A model generated the notes under the pieces. It did no database searches. It was not told the origin of the DNA and saw nothing but the letters and a program-made list of their open reading frames with translations. DNA of 32,000 bases from the NCBI GenBank assembly GCA_039809905.1, contig JBDHVY010000001.1:1196745-1228744 (forward strand), given 5' to 3'. Made by a program: the position numbers and the translations under genes. Of the stretch, positions 15,965 to 24,988 are shown piece by piece. Numbering within the stretch: the first letter of the stretch is position 1; every line of letters begins with the position of its first letter. Source of the DNA: Candidatus Babelota bacterium. GTDB lineage: Bacteria; Babelota; Babeliae; Babelales; Vermiphilaceae.

Positions 15965-18082
15965 TTAATCCAGCATCTTATTGATTTCTTTATTAAATAT
16001 ATCCATATGATGATAAACATTCGTGCCTTGATCACCATCTTTTTGTTGATTTAAAAGAGCAACACTAAATTTTTGTTTCAATTTTTGAGATACGCGAGCT
16101 TTATTCTTTTCAGGGATATTGCCTGCTAACTGCAACAATGAATGTGATTTTTTCAGGGCTTCTTGTATATATGCATAGTTTTCTGCAGAGCTTGCTTGTT
16201 TATTTTGAGTAACTTTATCAAGCAAGTTATACCACTCTTTTTTTTCATTTTTATAGTTGTGTGCATGAGCTATTTGTTTATGGCGTTCCATAGCAATTCT
16301 TGCTTTTTCTGCTTCTATTCTCATTTCCTCATCTTTTATTTTTTGTTGAGCCAATAGTATTTGTTCTTTTCTTTGTTGTTCTTCACGTACTATTTGATCT
16401 TTTATTTCTTGCTTTCGTTGAGCTACTTGTAATTTCATTGCCTCTATTTGTTGCTTTTTCTGGAGTATATCTTGTTCTTGTTTTTTTATATAAATTTTTA
16501 GTGTAGTGATAATATTATTGATCTTATCTGGAGATATTTTTCCGGATGATTCCAACATTGTTTTAATAATCCCCAACATATCATCCAGAGGCATGACATG
16601 ATACTGTATAATTAAAACATCGAGTGTTTGTTGTATTTTTTGCATCCAAAGTTGGTTTGGTTTTTGCTTTTCTTGATCCCAATAATGTGGTTCATTACTT
16701 GCAAGCAGGATATTGGTTAGATTTTTTAGAGCTTTTTTTACAAAAAATTGAGCTTCTGGATCAGTTTGTGCCTGTGCTATATCATTAAACAACTGTTTTT
16801 GTTGTTTACGTAATTCTCGTATTTGATCTTCAGTTTTTGGTGCTCCTGACCACCAATCAGTAATGGAAGCAATAATACCTTTATTGGATTCAGCTTTTTT
16901 TGCTACCGCAATTTTCTTCATATTTTCATTAAATTGTGTTTGAAATTGTTGACGAGCAGTTTCTAACTTAGCTTGAGCCCGAGCTTCAGCAGCTTTTATT
17001 TGTTGATCCATTTTTACTTGTAGTTTTTGTATATCGCTTTCCTGTTTTCTTCCCATTTCTTGTTCACGCTTAAGTGCTAAATCAAGCGCAGCTTGTACCT
17101 GAAGTTCTTTTCCTTTTTGTTTTTCTCGTTCTTCTTTTATTCGTAATTCAGCTTGCGTATCCTGAACTTGTTGTGTTTGAGGCATGGAAGATGGAGATAC
17201 ACCAATTTTTCCTTTCAGAATATTTATTTCATTGCGAATAACATTTTCGGCAATGCCTCGTTTGGTTAAAGTTTTAATGATCTTTTTTTCTAAAATTTCT
17301 TGTTTTTGGCCATTGAGCAATAGCTCTCGGATAATATCAGGAGCTTGTTGAAGAGCATCTAATGCATCCTTAACGCTTCCTTTTTTCATAATATCAAGCA
17401 GTTCTTTCCATTTTGTATTTGCATCTTTTTGAAGTGCTTCTGTTACAGATGCATCGATGGTAGGTGGTGTTGTGCTTGCAGCTTCAGGTTCTGTTGTTGG
17501 AGCTGGTGTTTCAGGTGAAGGAGTAGGTTCAGTTGCAGGCTGTTCTGGAGCAACTACTTCCGGAGCGGGTGGTGTTGTTGCAGGTGGAGTTTCCTTTGCT
17601 GGTTCTGTTGGCGCTGGTTTTTCGGCTGGCATTGGTGTTGCAGTAGCTTCAATCATTTTATTAAACTCTGCAATAAGATTTGTTGTGCTTTCTTTTAAAT
17701 CACCTTTTTCTTGTGCAATTTTTGCTTTAATTGCATCAAAAAATTGTGTTTTCAGCGCTGATACAAGGCTAGCATCACTTTTAACGACTTTTTCTGCTAG
17801 GTCAAAAGCAGTAGCTTTCCAACTACTATCAGGAATATTGTCTTGTGCATTCCATTCTTTACCAGCTTCTTTTGTTAAAAGCTCAATATGTTCAGTCCAT
17901 TGTTGCAATGGATTTTTTTCTTCAGGAGATTTTGTTGTTTGTGGTGTAACTTCTGTTTGCGGTGGTGTTTCTTGCGTGGCTGGTGTTGGGGTTTCAGGGT
18001 TGGTTTTTTGCTCTTGCGCATTATAAAGATTGTGCATATTGAGCAAGATAATCATTACAAAAAATATTTTTAAGTACTTCAT
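15965..18082 (-). CDS. Large secreted Pro/Thr/Glu-rich and Gln/Lys/Glu coiled-coil protein
   Basis: ATG 18082 is preceded by GGGGGAG. Signal peptide MKYLKIFFVMIILLNMHNLYNA, two PT-rich tracts (ETPTPATQETPPQTEV; PAEKPAPTEPAKETPPATTPPAPE...) and long QK/E heptad regions interspersed with Trp-containing helical modules. Confidence 0.65.
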   Translation of the reverse strand: MKYLKIFFVMIILLNMHNLYNAQEQKTNPETPTPATQETPPQTEVTPQTTKSPEEKNPLQQWTEHIELLTKEAGKEWNAQDNIPDSSWKATAFDLAEKVVKSDASLVSALKTQFFDAIKAKIAQEKGDLKESTTNLIAEFNKMIEATATPMPAEKPAPTEPAKETPPATTPPAPEVVAPEQPATEPTPSPETPAPTTEPEAASTTPPTIDASVTEALQKDANTKWKELLDIMKKGSVKDALDALQQAPDIIRELLLNGQKQEILEKKIIKTLTKRGIAENVIRNEINILKGKIGVSPSSMPQTQQVQDTQAELRIKEEREKQKGKELQVQAALDLALKREQEMGRKQESDIQKLQVKMDQQIKAAEARAQAKLETARQQFQTQFNENMKKIAVAKKAESNKGIIASITDWWSGAPKTEDQIRELRKQQKQLFNDIAQAQTDPEAQFFVKKALKNLTNILLASNEPHYWDQEKQKPNQLWMQKIQQTLDVLIIQYHVMPLDDMLGIIKTMLESSGKISPDKINNIITTLKIYIKKQEQDILQKKQQIEAMKLQVAQRKQEIKDQIVREEQQRKEQILLAQQKIKDEEMRIEAEKARIAMERHKQIAHAHNYKNEKKEWYNLLDKVTQNKQASSAENYAYIQEALKKSHSLLQLAGNIPEKNKARVSQKLKQKFSVALLNQQKDGDQGTNVYHHMDIFNKEINKMLD

Positions 18083-18345
18083 ATCGTCGCTCCCCCTACT
18101 ATACCTTTTTAAATACAGATATACATAATCATACTTACTATCACAAAAATAATTTAAAAAAAGCAACAGATAGGATAGAATTAAGCAAATTTACCAATGA
18201 TAGAATTATAATTTGATAATGAAAAGGAAGTTGTTTTTTGATGTTTTGATATATTTTGGTACTATTAAGAAATAGATATAAATATTATAGAGAGAGCGCG
18301 ATCAAAGGCGCTCTTCTCTTTTTTGTATGCATTTTGATAATCAAG

Positions 18346-19149
18346 TTACCAATTGTCTTCATCATCTTTTTCATTGGGATCAGCTAAATAACCCAACAAG
18401 CATTCTACTACCGGCCAATTGCAGAGCCTTATATTGTTACATAATGGAGTTCTGCTGCAATAGCCTTTCGTGTTAATTTCAGCTCCATGCAAATATAATA
18501 ATTCCACGAGCCTGGGGGTACTAGCATGATGCATTGGCGTATTGCCAAAATCATCTTTTGCATTGGGATTTGCCTGACAAGATAATAACAATGTACAGTA
18601 TTCAATTCCTTTAAGTTCTGACCATAAGCCATTATTTACTTTGGCTAATACATAATGTAATGGTGTAATAATTCTATCGTGATATGGTTCACAAGAGCCA
18701 TAGGTATTTGCAATATAACGATTTTTTACCATTTTTTTACGACATTTAAGCAGGATATTTCCTATGTAAATATCTTCGTTTAAGAGTGATATGAGCTTAT
18801 TGTAGCCAGTAGATTTTTTTGAAATGCTATTTAAAAAGCTTATTACTTCTATGTTTTTGATTTTATTAAAAAAATTTGTTGAACCTGAATGATATACTTT
18901 ATCAACTGCCTGTATTGCTTTATATAGCTCGGGGCAATACTTGCCTTTTTGTTCTTCAGCGACAAGATTTTTTAATAAACATGCATTGTTTTTTGTTAAT
19001 TGTTTAAATGCTGTTTCATGATCATCAAAATTAATAGAAATATTCGATTTTTTAATTAAGTGCAATGCTAAATGCTCTGGAGCATCCATACCGATAAGTA
19101 TTGAGCTGATAGTTATACATACGTAGCCAATATAATGCTTTATATTCAT
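18346..19149 (-). CDS. Ankyrin-repeat protein
   Basis: N-terminal hydrophobic segment. ANK units are ITPLHYVL...CTLLLSCQANPNAKDDFGNTPMHHA...VELLYLHGAEINTKGYCSRTPL...ECLLGYLADPN. Confidence 0.75.
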   Translation of the reverse strand: MNIKHYIGYVCITISSILIGMDAPEHLALHLIKKSNISINFDDHETAFKQLTKNNACLLKNLVAEEQKGKYCPELYKAIQAVDKVYHSGSTNFFNKIKNIEVISFLNSISKKSTGYNKLISLLNEDIYIGNILLKCRKKMVKNRYIANTYGSCEPYHDRIITPLHYVLAKVNNGLWSELKGIEYCTLLLSCQANPNAKDDFGNTPMHHASTPRLVELLYLHGAEINTKGYCSRTPLCNNIRLCNWPVVECLLGYLADPNEKDDEDNW

Positions 19150-19282
19150 ACTTTTCCTTTTTTTAAAAAGCTAATGATCATGAGTTTATATCAGAAATTT
19201 TTTGGAATAAAGTAAAAAATATTTTGGAAAAGGAAAAAATAATTGATATTCAGTGGTACTTAATACAAAGTCTTATAAAAAG

Positions 19283-19310
19283 TTAACACAAATAAAAAAG
19301 CTGATATAAT
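19283..19310 (+). promoter_or_regulatory. Promoter candidate for the FKBP gene (TTAACA-16 nt-TGaTATAAT)
   Basis: Perfect TATAAT (19305-19310) with an extended -10 TG (19302-19303) and a 5/6 -35 hexamer. A second TATAAT lies at 19315-19320. Confidence 0.5.
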
Positions 19311-19345
19311 CAACTATAATCGCATATTTAAAAAAAAGGAAAAGT

Positions 19346-19822
19346 ATGAAACGATCAATGATCGTGTGTTCACTGATGATAGCAACAGCAGTTTTATTAG
19401 TTCATTGTAAGAATAAAAGAAATAACTTAAATAATAACACAGTACAATTAGAGGCAACGCAAATGACACGTACAAAAACAAATTCTGGATTGGAATACGA
19501 GATCGTGCAAGAAGGTTCTGGTGCAAGTCCAAAACCAGGTAGCATGGTAACCGTTCATTATACAGGCTGGTTAGATAAAGGTGGCCAACCAAGCGGACAA
19601 CCTTTTGATAGTAGTCACAATCGTCGTCAGCCATTTACCTTTCAAATAGGGGTAGGTATGGTGATTCAAGGTTGGGATGAAGGAGTTATGAATATGAAAG
19701 TGGGTGAAAAACGCCGTCTTTATATTCCTTCTCAGCTTGGTTACGGAAGTCGTGGAGCTGGTAGCGTGATTCCAGCAAATGCTAACCTTATTTTTGATGT
19801 TGAATTGATTAGCGTTGCATAA
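19346..19822 (+). CDS. FKBP-type peptidyl-prolyl cis-trans isomerase, secreted or lipoprotein (Mip/FkpA-like core)
   Basis: Signal or lipobox-like MIATAVLLVHC. FKBP motifs VTVHYTGWL..G..FDSS, PFTFQIGVGMVIQGWDEG, MKVGEKRRLYIPSQLGYG and LIFDVELI. Confidence 0.9.
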   Translation: MKRSMIVCSLMIATAVLLVHCKNKRNNLNNNTVQLEATQMTRTKTNSGLEYEIVQEGSGASPKPGSMVTVHYTGWLDKGGQPSGQPFDSSHNRRQPFTFQIGVGMVIQGWDEGVMNMKVGEKRRLYIPSQLGYGSRGAGSVIPANANLIFDVELISVA

Positions 19823-19891
19823 AAATTCTTCTCTTTAGCTTGGGTACCCATTGAAAGGCACTGGAAATGGGTTAAAAATATGGGGTAAGTA

Positions 19892-19927
19892 AAATAGGCA
19901 CTTCTTTTGCAAGTGCCTATTTATTTT
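19892..19927. terminator. Bidirectional terminator between the convergent FKBP and H1-like genes
   Basis: AAATAGGCACTT/AAGTGCCTATTT 12-bp stem with a 7-nt loop, T-rich downstream on the plus strand and A-run upstream. Confidence 0.7.
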
Positions 19928-19957
19928 GATTTTGATAGAGGTAATCTAGAGTTTAAA

Positions 19958-20419
19958 TTACTCAGATTTTTTAGCAGATTTCTTAGCTGCTCTTCTTACA
20001 GACATTCTGCGTTTAGCAGGTTTTTTAGCTGTTTCTATGCCTACCATATGAGCTAGTTCAGTTAGTAAACCTTCTTTTTTAGCTGGTCTACGTTTAGCAC
20101 CCGCTCTTTTAGCTGGTTTGCGTTTAGCAGCAGCTTTTTTAGCAGCTGGTTTGCGTTTAGCTGTAGCTCTTTTAGCAGTTGATTTGCGAGCAGTAGCTCT
20201 TTTAGCTGGTTTACGTTTAGCAGCAGCTTTTTTAGCAGCTGGTTTGCGTTTTGCTGTTGCTTTTTTAGCTGGCTTACGTTTTGCTGTTGCTTTTTTAGCA
20301 GTTGATTTACGAGCTGTTGTTCTTTTAGCTGGTTTACGTTTAGCAGCAGTTTTTTTAGCAGCCGGTTTACGTTTAGCAGTAGTTTTTTTAGCTACAGCTT
20401 TTTTCTTCTTAACTACCAT
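19958..20419 (-). CDS. Lys/Ala/Arg-rich histone-H1-like DNA-binding protein
   Basis: ATG 20419 is preceded by GAGGAG. The 153-aa product is almost entirely AKRKPAAKK-type repeats, comparable in composition to chlamydial Hc1/Hc2, Pseudomonas AlgP and eukaryotic H1 C-terminal tails. Confidence 0.7.
   Translation of the reverse strand: MVVKKKKAVAKKTTAKRKPAAKKTAAKRKPAKRTTARKSTAKKATAKRKPAKKATAKRKPAAKKAAAKRKPAKRATARKSTAKRATAKRKPAAKKAAAKRKPAKRAGAKRRPAKKEGLLTELAHMVGIETAKKPAKRRMSVRRAAKKSAKKSE
20111..20400 (-). repeat. In-frame imperfect tandem repeats (about 93 bp / 31 aa, with a nested roughly 30-bp sub-duplication) inside the H1-like gene
   Basis: Units start at 20111, 20204 and 20327 (AGCTGGTTTRCGTTTAGCAGCAG...) and encode AKRKPAAKKxAAKRKPAKRxTARKSTAKxAT. 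Confidence 0.8.
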
Positions 20420-20604
20420 GGTAACTCCTCTTTTTGTTTTTGTACTCAAACTACACTTCTTACTTCAATTTCAATTGTACAAAAAAAAAAATTATAAAAT
20501 CAACAGAATGAATAAATATTTTTTAAAAAACGAAATATTAAAAATATAAATCTATAAATAATATGACAAAAAATGTTTATGCGCAGATCAAAAAATAACG
20601 GATA

Positions 20605-21486
20605 TTATTCGATGAAAATTGGCTGACAAAGAGCTAATAGAGATTCTCCTTTTTCTGCATCATCAGCTGTATATGGAAGATTATATTTTTTGTAGAATGC
20701 ATTAACAACTTGTTGATATTTCTCGCCATCAGGCCCTTGTAAAATGAAGGCGTGTCGTCCATGTTCAGCTATAAAAATATAAACATGCGTATGACCAGTT
20801 TCAATTAATTTTTTATAGACATTTAGTGAACTTGTGTAGGGAACAAGACTATCCTCTTTTGAACAAATGATGAGAATTGGCAATTCTTTAGAAATGTTCT
20901 CAATACAATTTGCTGGGCTATGTCCATAACGAGTATATTTTTTAAAGATAGATTCGGCTACAAATTCACCATAAGATAGTGGAAGCCAGGTAAGATTCAT
21001 TTGTTGCATTTTGTTTTCAATAACCTCTGCCATCATATAATATGGTGACTCTAATACCATTGCTCGAACATTTTCTAATTGATAGAGACCTGCAAAAATC
21101 AGTAGGTTTGATGCCCCGCGAGATACCCCTTTGAGGACAATATCACAAACATTTTTAAATTTTGTAATTATCTTTTTATAGGTATTATAAAGGCGATCAA
21201 TTTCATTTTTTTGGCCAAAACTCGTTTCATTATAATTGACTCGATAAAACTTATTTGTAACATCAGCATAGTTAAAAGATGCATAGGGAGTATTAATTAC
21301 ATATCGATCATTTTTCACGACGGTACCATTTTTTTTAGTATAAGACCGAGCATATTTACGTGCCTGTTTCCAGGTATCTGCTATACCATGAGAGAAAAGA
21401 GTAATGGTGGGAACAGTACAAAAAGTAGGAGTTGAAATCGTTGCCATGATGAAATAAGTGAAAATAACATATTTGATACTCTTCAT
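20605..21486 (-). CDS. Secreted alpha/beta-fold hydrolase (esterase/lipase-like)
   Basis: ATG 21486 follows GAGGAG. Signal peptide MKSIKYVIFTYFIMATIS, nucleophile elbow GVSRG (GxSxG), later SKEDSLVP (Asp) and AEHGRHAF (His) in Ser-Asp-His order. Confidence 0.65.
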   Translation of the reverse strand: MKSIKYVIFTYFIMATISTPTFCTVPTITLFSHGIADTWKQARKYARSYTKKNGTVVKNDRYVINTPYASFNYADVTNKFYRVNYNETSFGQKNEIDRLYNTYKKIITKFKNVCDIVLKGVSRGASNLLIFAGLYQLENVRAMVLESPYYMMAEVIENKMQQMNLTWLPLSYGEFVAESIFKKYTRYGHSPANCIENISKELPILIICSKEDSLVPYTSSLNVYKKLIETGHTHVYIFIAEHGRHAFILQGPDGEKYQQVVNAFYKKYNLPYTADDAEKGESLLALCQPIFIE

Positions 21487-21627
21487 AACAACTTCCTCTC
21501 CTCTGTACAAAATAGTGTATATAGCTTTGTGATGCTTAATTTCTATGGTAGATTTTGTGTTTTTTAACCTATATAATATAATTCTAGCATAAAATGAATA
21601 CTTTTAAACTCCTAATTGAGCTTTTTT

Positions 21628-23046
21628 ATGAAAAAATTGCCTGATATCACGCAAGACTTTTCTGGTTGGTATAATGAAGTTATCTATGATTCTGAGCTCG
21701 TTGATCATGCTCCCGTAAAAGGTTGTATGGTAATTAGACCTTATGGATATGCTATTTGGGAAAATATCAAAGATGTGCTTGATGCCCGCATTAAAGCTAC
21801 CGGTCATCAAAATGCAGCATTTCCTCTTTTTATTCCCGAATCATTTCTTAAAAAAGAAGCACAACACGTAGCAGGTTTTGCTCCAGAATTGGCTGTGGTA
21901 ACTCATGCAGGCGGCAAAGAATTAGAAGAACCATTGGTAGTCAGACCAACTTCTGAAACCATTATTCATTATATGTTTGCACAATGGCTTCATTCCTGGA
22001 GAGATCTTCCTATTAAAATTAATCAGTGGGCTAATGTGGTTCGCTGGGAAATGCGCACACGTCCCTTTTTGAGAACAACAGAATTCTTCTGGCAAGAAGG
22101 ACATACTGCTCATGAAACACATGAAGAAGCATATGAAGAAGTTAAAACTATGCTTGCAGAGTATGTTAATTTAGCGCAAAACTATCTAGCCATTCCAGTT
22201 ATTACTGGCTTTAAAACAGAGCAGGAAAAGTTTCCAGGCGCTGAAAAGACAATGACTTTCGAAGGCTTTATGCCAGATGGCAAAGCATTACAAATGGGAA
22301 CTTCTCATTTGCTATCGCAATCCTTTGCTCATGCATTTGAAATGAAATTTCAAGATAGAAATGAGACGCAATCCTATCCCTATTTGACCAGCTGGGGAAC
22401 AACCACACGCCTTATTGGTGCTTTGGTGATGACTCATGGCGATGCAAAAGGATTAGTGCTTCCACCAAAAGTTGCACCAATTCAAGTAGTTATTATTCCT
22501 ATATTTAAAGCAGGAATTGATAATTCAGTTATTTTGAACGCAGCACAAAAGTTGCAAACCGACCTTCAAGGAAAAGGTCTACGTGTTCACGTAGACACTG
22601 AAGACGGAAAAACACCGGGCGCTAAATTCTTTAAGTGGGAACTTAAAGGTGTGCCAGTTCGTATAGAAATTGGTCCTAAAGATATTGAAAATAATCAGGC
22701 AATGGTAGCAGATCGTATTGGTTTAGGCAAAAAAGCAATTCAATTATCAGCAATTGTTGATGAGATCGAACAGCTGCTTATCACTATTCAAACAACTCTT
22801 TTTGAGCGAGCTCAAGCTAAAGTTGAAAGTATGCGGCATAAGAGCGATAGTTTAGAAGTATTTGGACCCCAATTGGATGAAGGTAAATTCTTCCAGACAA
22901 GTTGGTGTGAAAGACCTGAGTGCGAAACTCGCTTAAAAGAATATAAAGCAAGTATTAGGTGTATCATTGAAGGTTTGACGTATCAAACATGCTTTGCGTG
23001 TAAAGAGACAAGTACCAAAGAAATTATTGTTGCTCGATCATATTAA
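21628..23046 (+). CDS. proS: Prolyl-tRNA synthetase, archaeal/eukaryote-like type
   Basis: DFSGWYNEVI...AELVD, class II motifs (VRPTSET, FRTTEFFWQEGHTAH, GTSHLLSQ), no bacterial INS editing domain, and a C-terminal Cys-rich domain ending in Tyr. Confidence 0.92.
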   Translation: MKKLPDITQDFSGWYNEVIYDSELVDHAPVKGCMVIRPYGYAIWENIKDVLDARIKATGHQNAAFPLFIPESFLKKEAQHVAGFAPELAVVTHAGGKELEEPLVVRPTSETIIHYMFAQWLHSWRDLPIKINQWANVVRWEMRTRPFLRTTEFFWQEGHTAHETHEEAYEEVKTMLAEYVNLAQNYLAIPVITGFKTEQEKFPGAEKTMTFEGFMPDGKALQMGTSHLLSQSFAHAFEMKFQDRNETQSYPYLTSWGTTTRLIGALVMTHGDAKGLVLPPKVAPIQVVIIPIFKAGIDNSVILNAAQKLQTDLQGKGLRVHVDTEDGKTPGAKFFKWELKGVPVRIEIGPKDIENNQAMVADRIGLGKKAIQLSAIVDEIEQLLITIQTTLFERAQAKVESMRHKSDSLEVFGPQLDEGKFFQTSWCERPECETRLKEYKASIRCIIEGLTYQTCFACKETSTKEIIVARSY

Positions 23047-23058
23047 AAATACCCATTT

Positions 23059-23106
23059 TAGGAATAAAAAAAGCCACAGTAAAAACCGTGGCTTTTTTTA
23101 TTCCTA
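23059..23106. terminator. Bidirectional terminator between convergent proS and the 23108 gene
   Basis: Perfect 19-bp stem TAGGAATAAAAAAAGCCAC/GTGGCTTTTTTTATTCCTA with a 10-nt loop. U-runs are embedded in both orientations. Confidence 0.75.
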
Positions 23107-23107
23107 T

Positions 23108-23851
23108 CTAATTTTCATATAGATTATAGGTAAATTTTAAGTTTTTAATTATGGTATAATAAAGTTTTAGTTTTTCATAATCAGATATCTTTTTATTTTC
23201 GCATTTTGTGCAAAAAAGTGTATCAATATAAAGAAATACATTTGTACTTATACAACTATCTATAGCAAAACGCCTTGTTGAAATATCACGAAACTCGTCT
23301 TTTAGAGTTAGAACTAAATAAGAACTGCCGTATTGCAAGGGTAGATCATAAAGACCATGTTCCATAATAAATGGAATAAGTCCCCATTTTGAAACAACAA
23401 GGTCATTACCAATAGCAAGACCAGCATGCTTACAAGCCAAATTATTTTTATCGATGTATCCAATAATATTTCCTCTGATAGGAGGCAACCCAGTAGATTT
23501 ACAACAATCCAATATTCCAAAAAATGCTATATTATTTTGTGTTTTAGGAACTTTAGTAAAATTTAAAATTTCTTTCAAAACATATTCGTTGCAATCTAAT
23601 TTTTGTTCTTGAAATGTTGCTTTTTTCATTACTCTACAGCCAAGAGGTTGAGCTGCTACTCGTAAACAGAATTTTGCTAGACTATCATATATTTCTTGCT
23701 CTGTGCGGCTTTTTCTTAAAGAATCATTAACTTCTTGCGCTATTGTGCTTATCTTTTTTCGTGTAGCCAAGATAGATTGATCCATAGCAAAGATCAAAGT
23801 TGTAGACAAAAAAATATTATAAATCAGAAAAAGAGTATTTATTTTATTCAT
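23108..23851 (-). CDS. Secreted hypothetical protein, possible NlpC/P60- or LRAT-like papain-fold enzyme
   Basis: ATG 23851 follows AAGGA. Signal peptide MNKINTLFLIYNIFLSTTLIFA. GILDCCKSTG followed by RGNIIGYID...CKHAGLAIGNDLVVS resembles the DCSG ... GDxxxx...HVGIYxGxxxxxH pattern, but the third catalytic residue is not evident. Confidence 0.4.
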   Translation of the reverse strand: MNKINTLFLIYNIFLSTTLIFAMDQSILATRKKISTIAQEVNDSLRKSRTEQEIYDSLAKFCLRVAAQPLGCRVMKKATFQEQKLDCNEYVLKEILNFTKVPKTQNNIAFFGILDCCKSTGLPPIRGNIIGYIDKNNLACKHAGLAIGNDLVVSKWGLIPFIMEHGLYDLPLQYGSSYLVLTLKDEFRDISTRRFAIDSCISTNVFLYIDTLFCTKCENKKISDYEKLKLYYTIIKNLKFTYNLYEN

Positions 23852-23947
23852 AAAATCCTTGAAGTATATAAGTAATGTTAATAATTCTGTTGAATAGTTT
23901 ATGATAAAATACTCAGCAAATAAAGTATGAAATAAAAATAGAGAATA

Positions 23948-24862
23948 ATGGGTAATTATATGAATACTAAGCAAATACAAACTAAATTTGAAGCATATCT
24001 TTTAACAGAAAAACGAGTTTCTAAAAATACATTTCTTTCATATCAAAAAGATTTGAATCAATTTATTGATTTTATCGAAAAAAAAGCAGTTTCTTTGCAT
24101 ACAATTACCAGTGATGATTTAAAGACATTTGTTCATTATTTGTATGGTCTTAAGCTTTCTGCAAACAGTATTGCTCGTAAGATATCAACTCTCAAGACTT
24201 TTTTTAGCTATTTAAAAACACATTTTGATATAAAAAACAGTGCAAAAGAATTGCATATTCCAAAAATTGAAAAGCGGTTGCCAATCTATTTAACACAAGA
24301 CGAAGTAACCAAAGTATTAATATATTCAGAAAAAGATAGATCTTTCCTGGGCATTCGCAATTCAGTGATGCTTTATTTACTTTATAGTTCAGGTATGCGC
24401 GTCAGCGAATTAATTAATATCAAAATATCAGATATTCATTTTGACACGCGTTTTATCTCTATTGAGGGTAAAGGAGGAAGACAGCGTATGATACCGCTCC
24501 CTGAAGTAATAATGAATTTGTTGCATGATTATATACAAAAACATGCATATAATGATTTTCCTACATCTATTGATCCTATTTATTTATTTCCGATATTGTA
24601 TGGGAAAAAAATAAAACCAATTTCTCGGCAATCATGTTGGATTATTTTAAAAAGGCTTTGTGAGCAAGCAGGAATAAAACGTGCTATTTCACCACATCAA
24701 CTACGTCATTCTTTTGCAACACACATGCTTGAAAAGGGAGTTGATTTACGATCATTACAAGTACTACTTGGTCATGAAGAGATTACCACAGTAGAAGTAT
24801 ATACTCATGTTGAAACATCACAGCTGAGAAAAATATATGATAAAAAACATCCGCGGTCATAA
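23948..24862 (+). CDS. XerC/XerD-family tyrosine site-specific recombinase
   Basis: N-terminal SAM-like core-binding domain (FEAYLLTEKRVSKNTFLSYQKDL) and catalytic residues in context (GMRVSEL, HQLRHSFATHML, LLGHEEITTVEVYTH), ending KKHPRS as in chromosomal Xer proteins. Alternative start is ATG 23960. Confidence 0.88.
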   Translation: MGNYMNTKQIQTKFEAYLLTEKRVSKNTFLSYQKDLNQFIDFIEKKAVSLHTITSDDLKTFVHYLYGLKLSANSIARKISTLKTFFSYLKTHFDIKNSAKELHIPKIEKRLPIYLTQDEVTKVLIYSEKDRSFLGIRNSVMLYLLYSSGMRVSELINIKISDIHFDTRFISIEGKGGRQRMIPLPEVIMNLLHDYIQKHAYNDFPTSIDPIYLFPILYGKKIKPISRQSCWIILKRLCEQAGIKRAISPHQLRHSFATHMLEKGVDLRSLQVLLGHEEITTVEVYTHVETSQLRKIYDKKHPRS

Positions 24863-24940
24863 ACAAAGTGATCCTTCATTTCTAGGAGTTTTTCTTAAAA
24901 AGGGGTCCCCATAGGGGAACGAAGTGATATATGGGGTTAA

Positions 24941-24974
24941 AAAAATATATGATAAAAAACATCCTCGATCATAA
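24941..24974 (+). repeat. Displaced copy 2 of the xer recombinase 3' coding end
   Basis: 32/34 nt identical to 24829-24862. Both differences are synonymous (CCG>CCT, CGG>CGA), so the copy still reads KIYDKKHPRS-stop. Confidence 0.85.
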
Positions 24975-24988
24975 CTTTAGCTGTTTTT

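Noticed and set aside
17457-18073. Plus-strand ORFs (189 aa Gly/Val/Ala-rich and 61 aa) inside the 15965-18082 gene
   Set aside because: They are antisense shadows of the Pro/Thr/Glu-rich tracts (CCN/ACN/GAA read backwards). They have no RBS and implausible composition.
19145-19350. 20-nt inverted identity AAAAAAAGGAAAAGTATGAA at the starts of the divergent ankyrin (19145-19164) and FKBP (19331-19350) genes
   Set aside because: Nearly the same string precedes the 10533 gene (AAAAAGGAAAAGCTATG), and similar A-rich GGA contexts precede most genes here. It most likely reflects the genome's consensus translation-initiation region rather than a mobile or regulatory repeat.
20111-20400. Tandem repeats considered as a CRISPR array or satellite (also 31178-31453)
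   Set aside because: The repeats are contiguous with no unique spacers, are in frame, and encode the repeat units of the H1-like and fibre proteins. No cas genes are present.
20118-20549. 143-aa plus-strand Leu/Ala-rich ORF
   Set aside because: It is the antisense reading of the AAG/GCN-rich H1-like gene. The minus-strand gene has a strong GAGGAG RBS and its own terminator.
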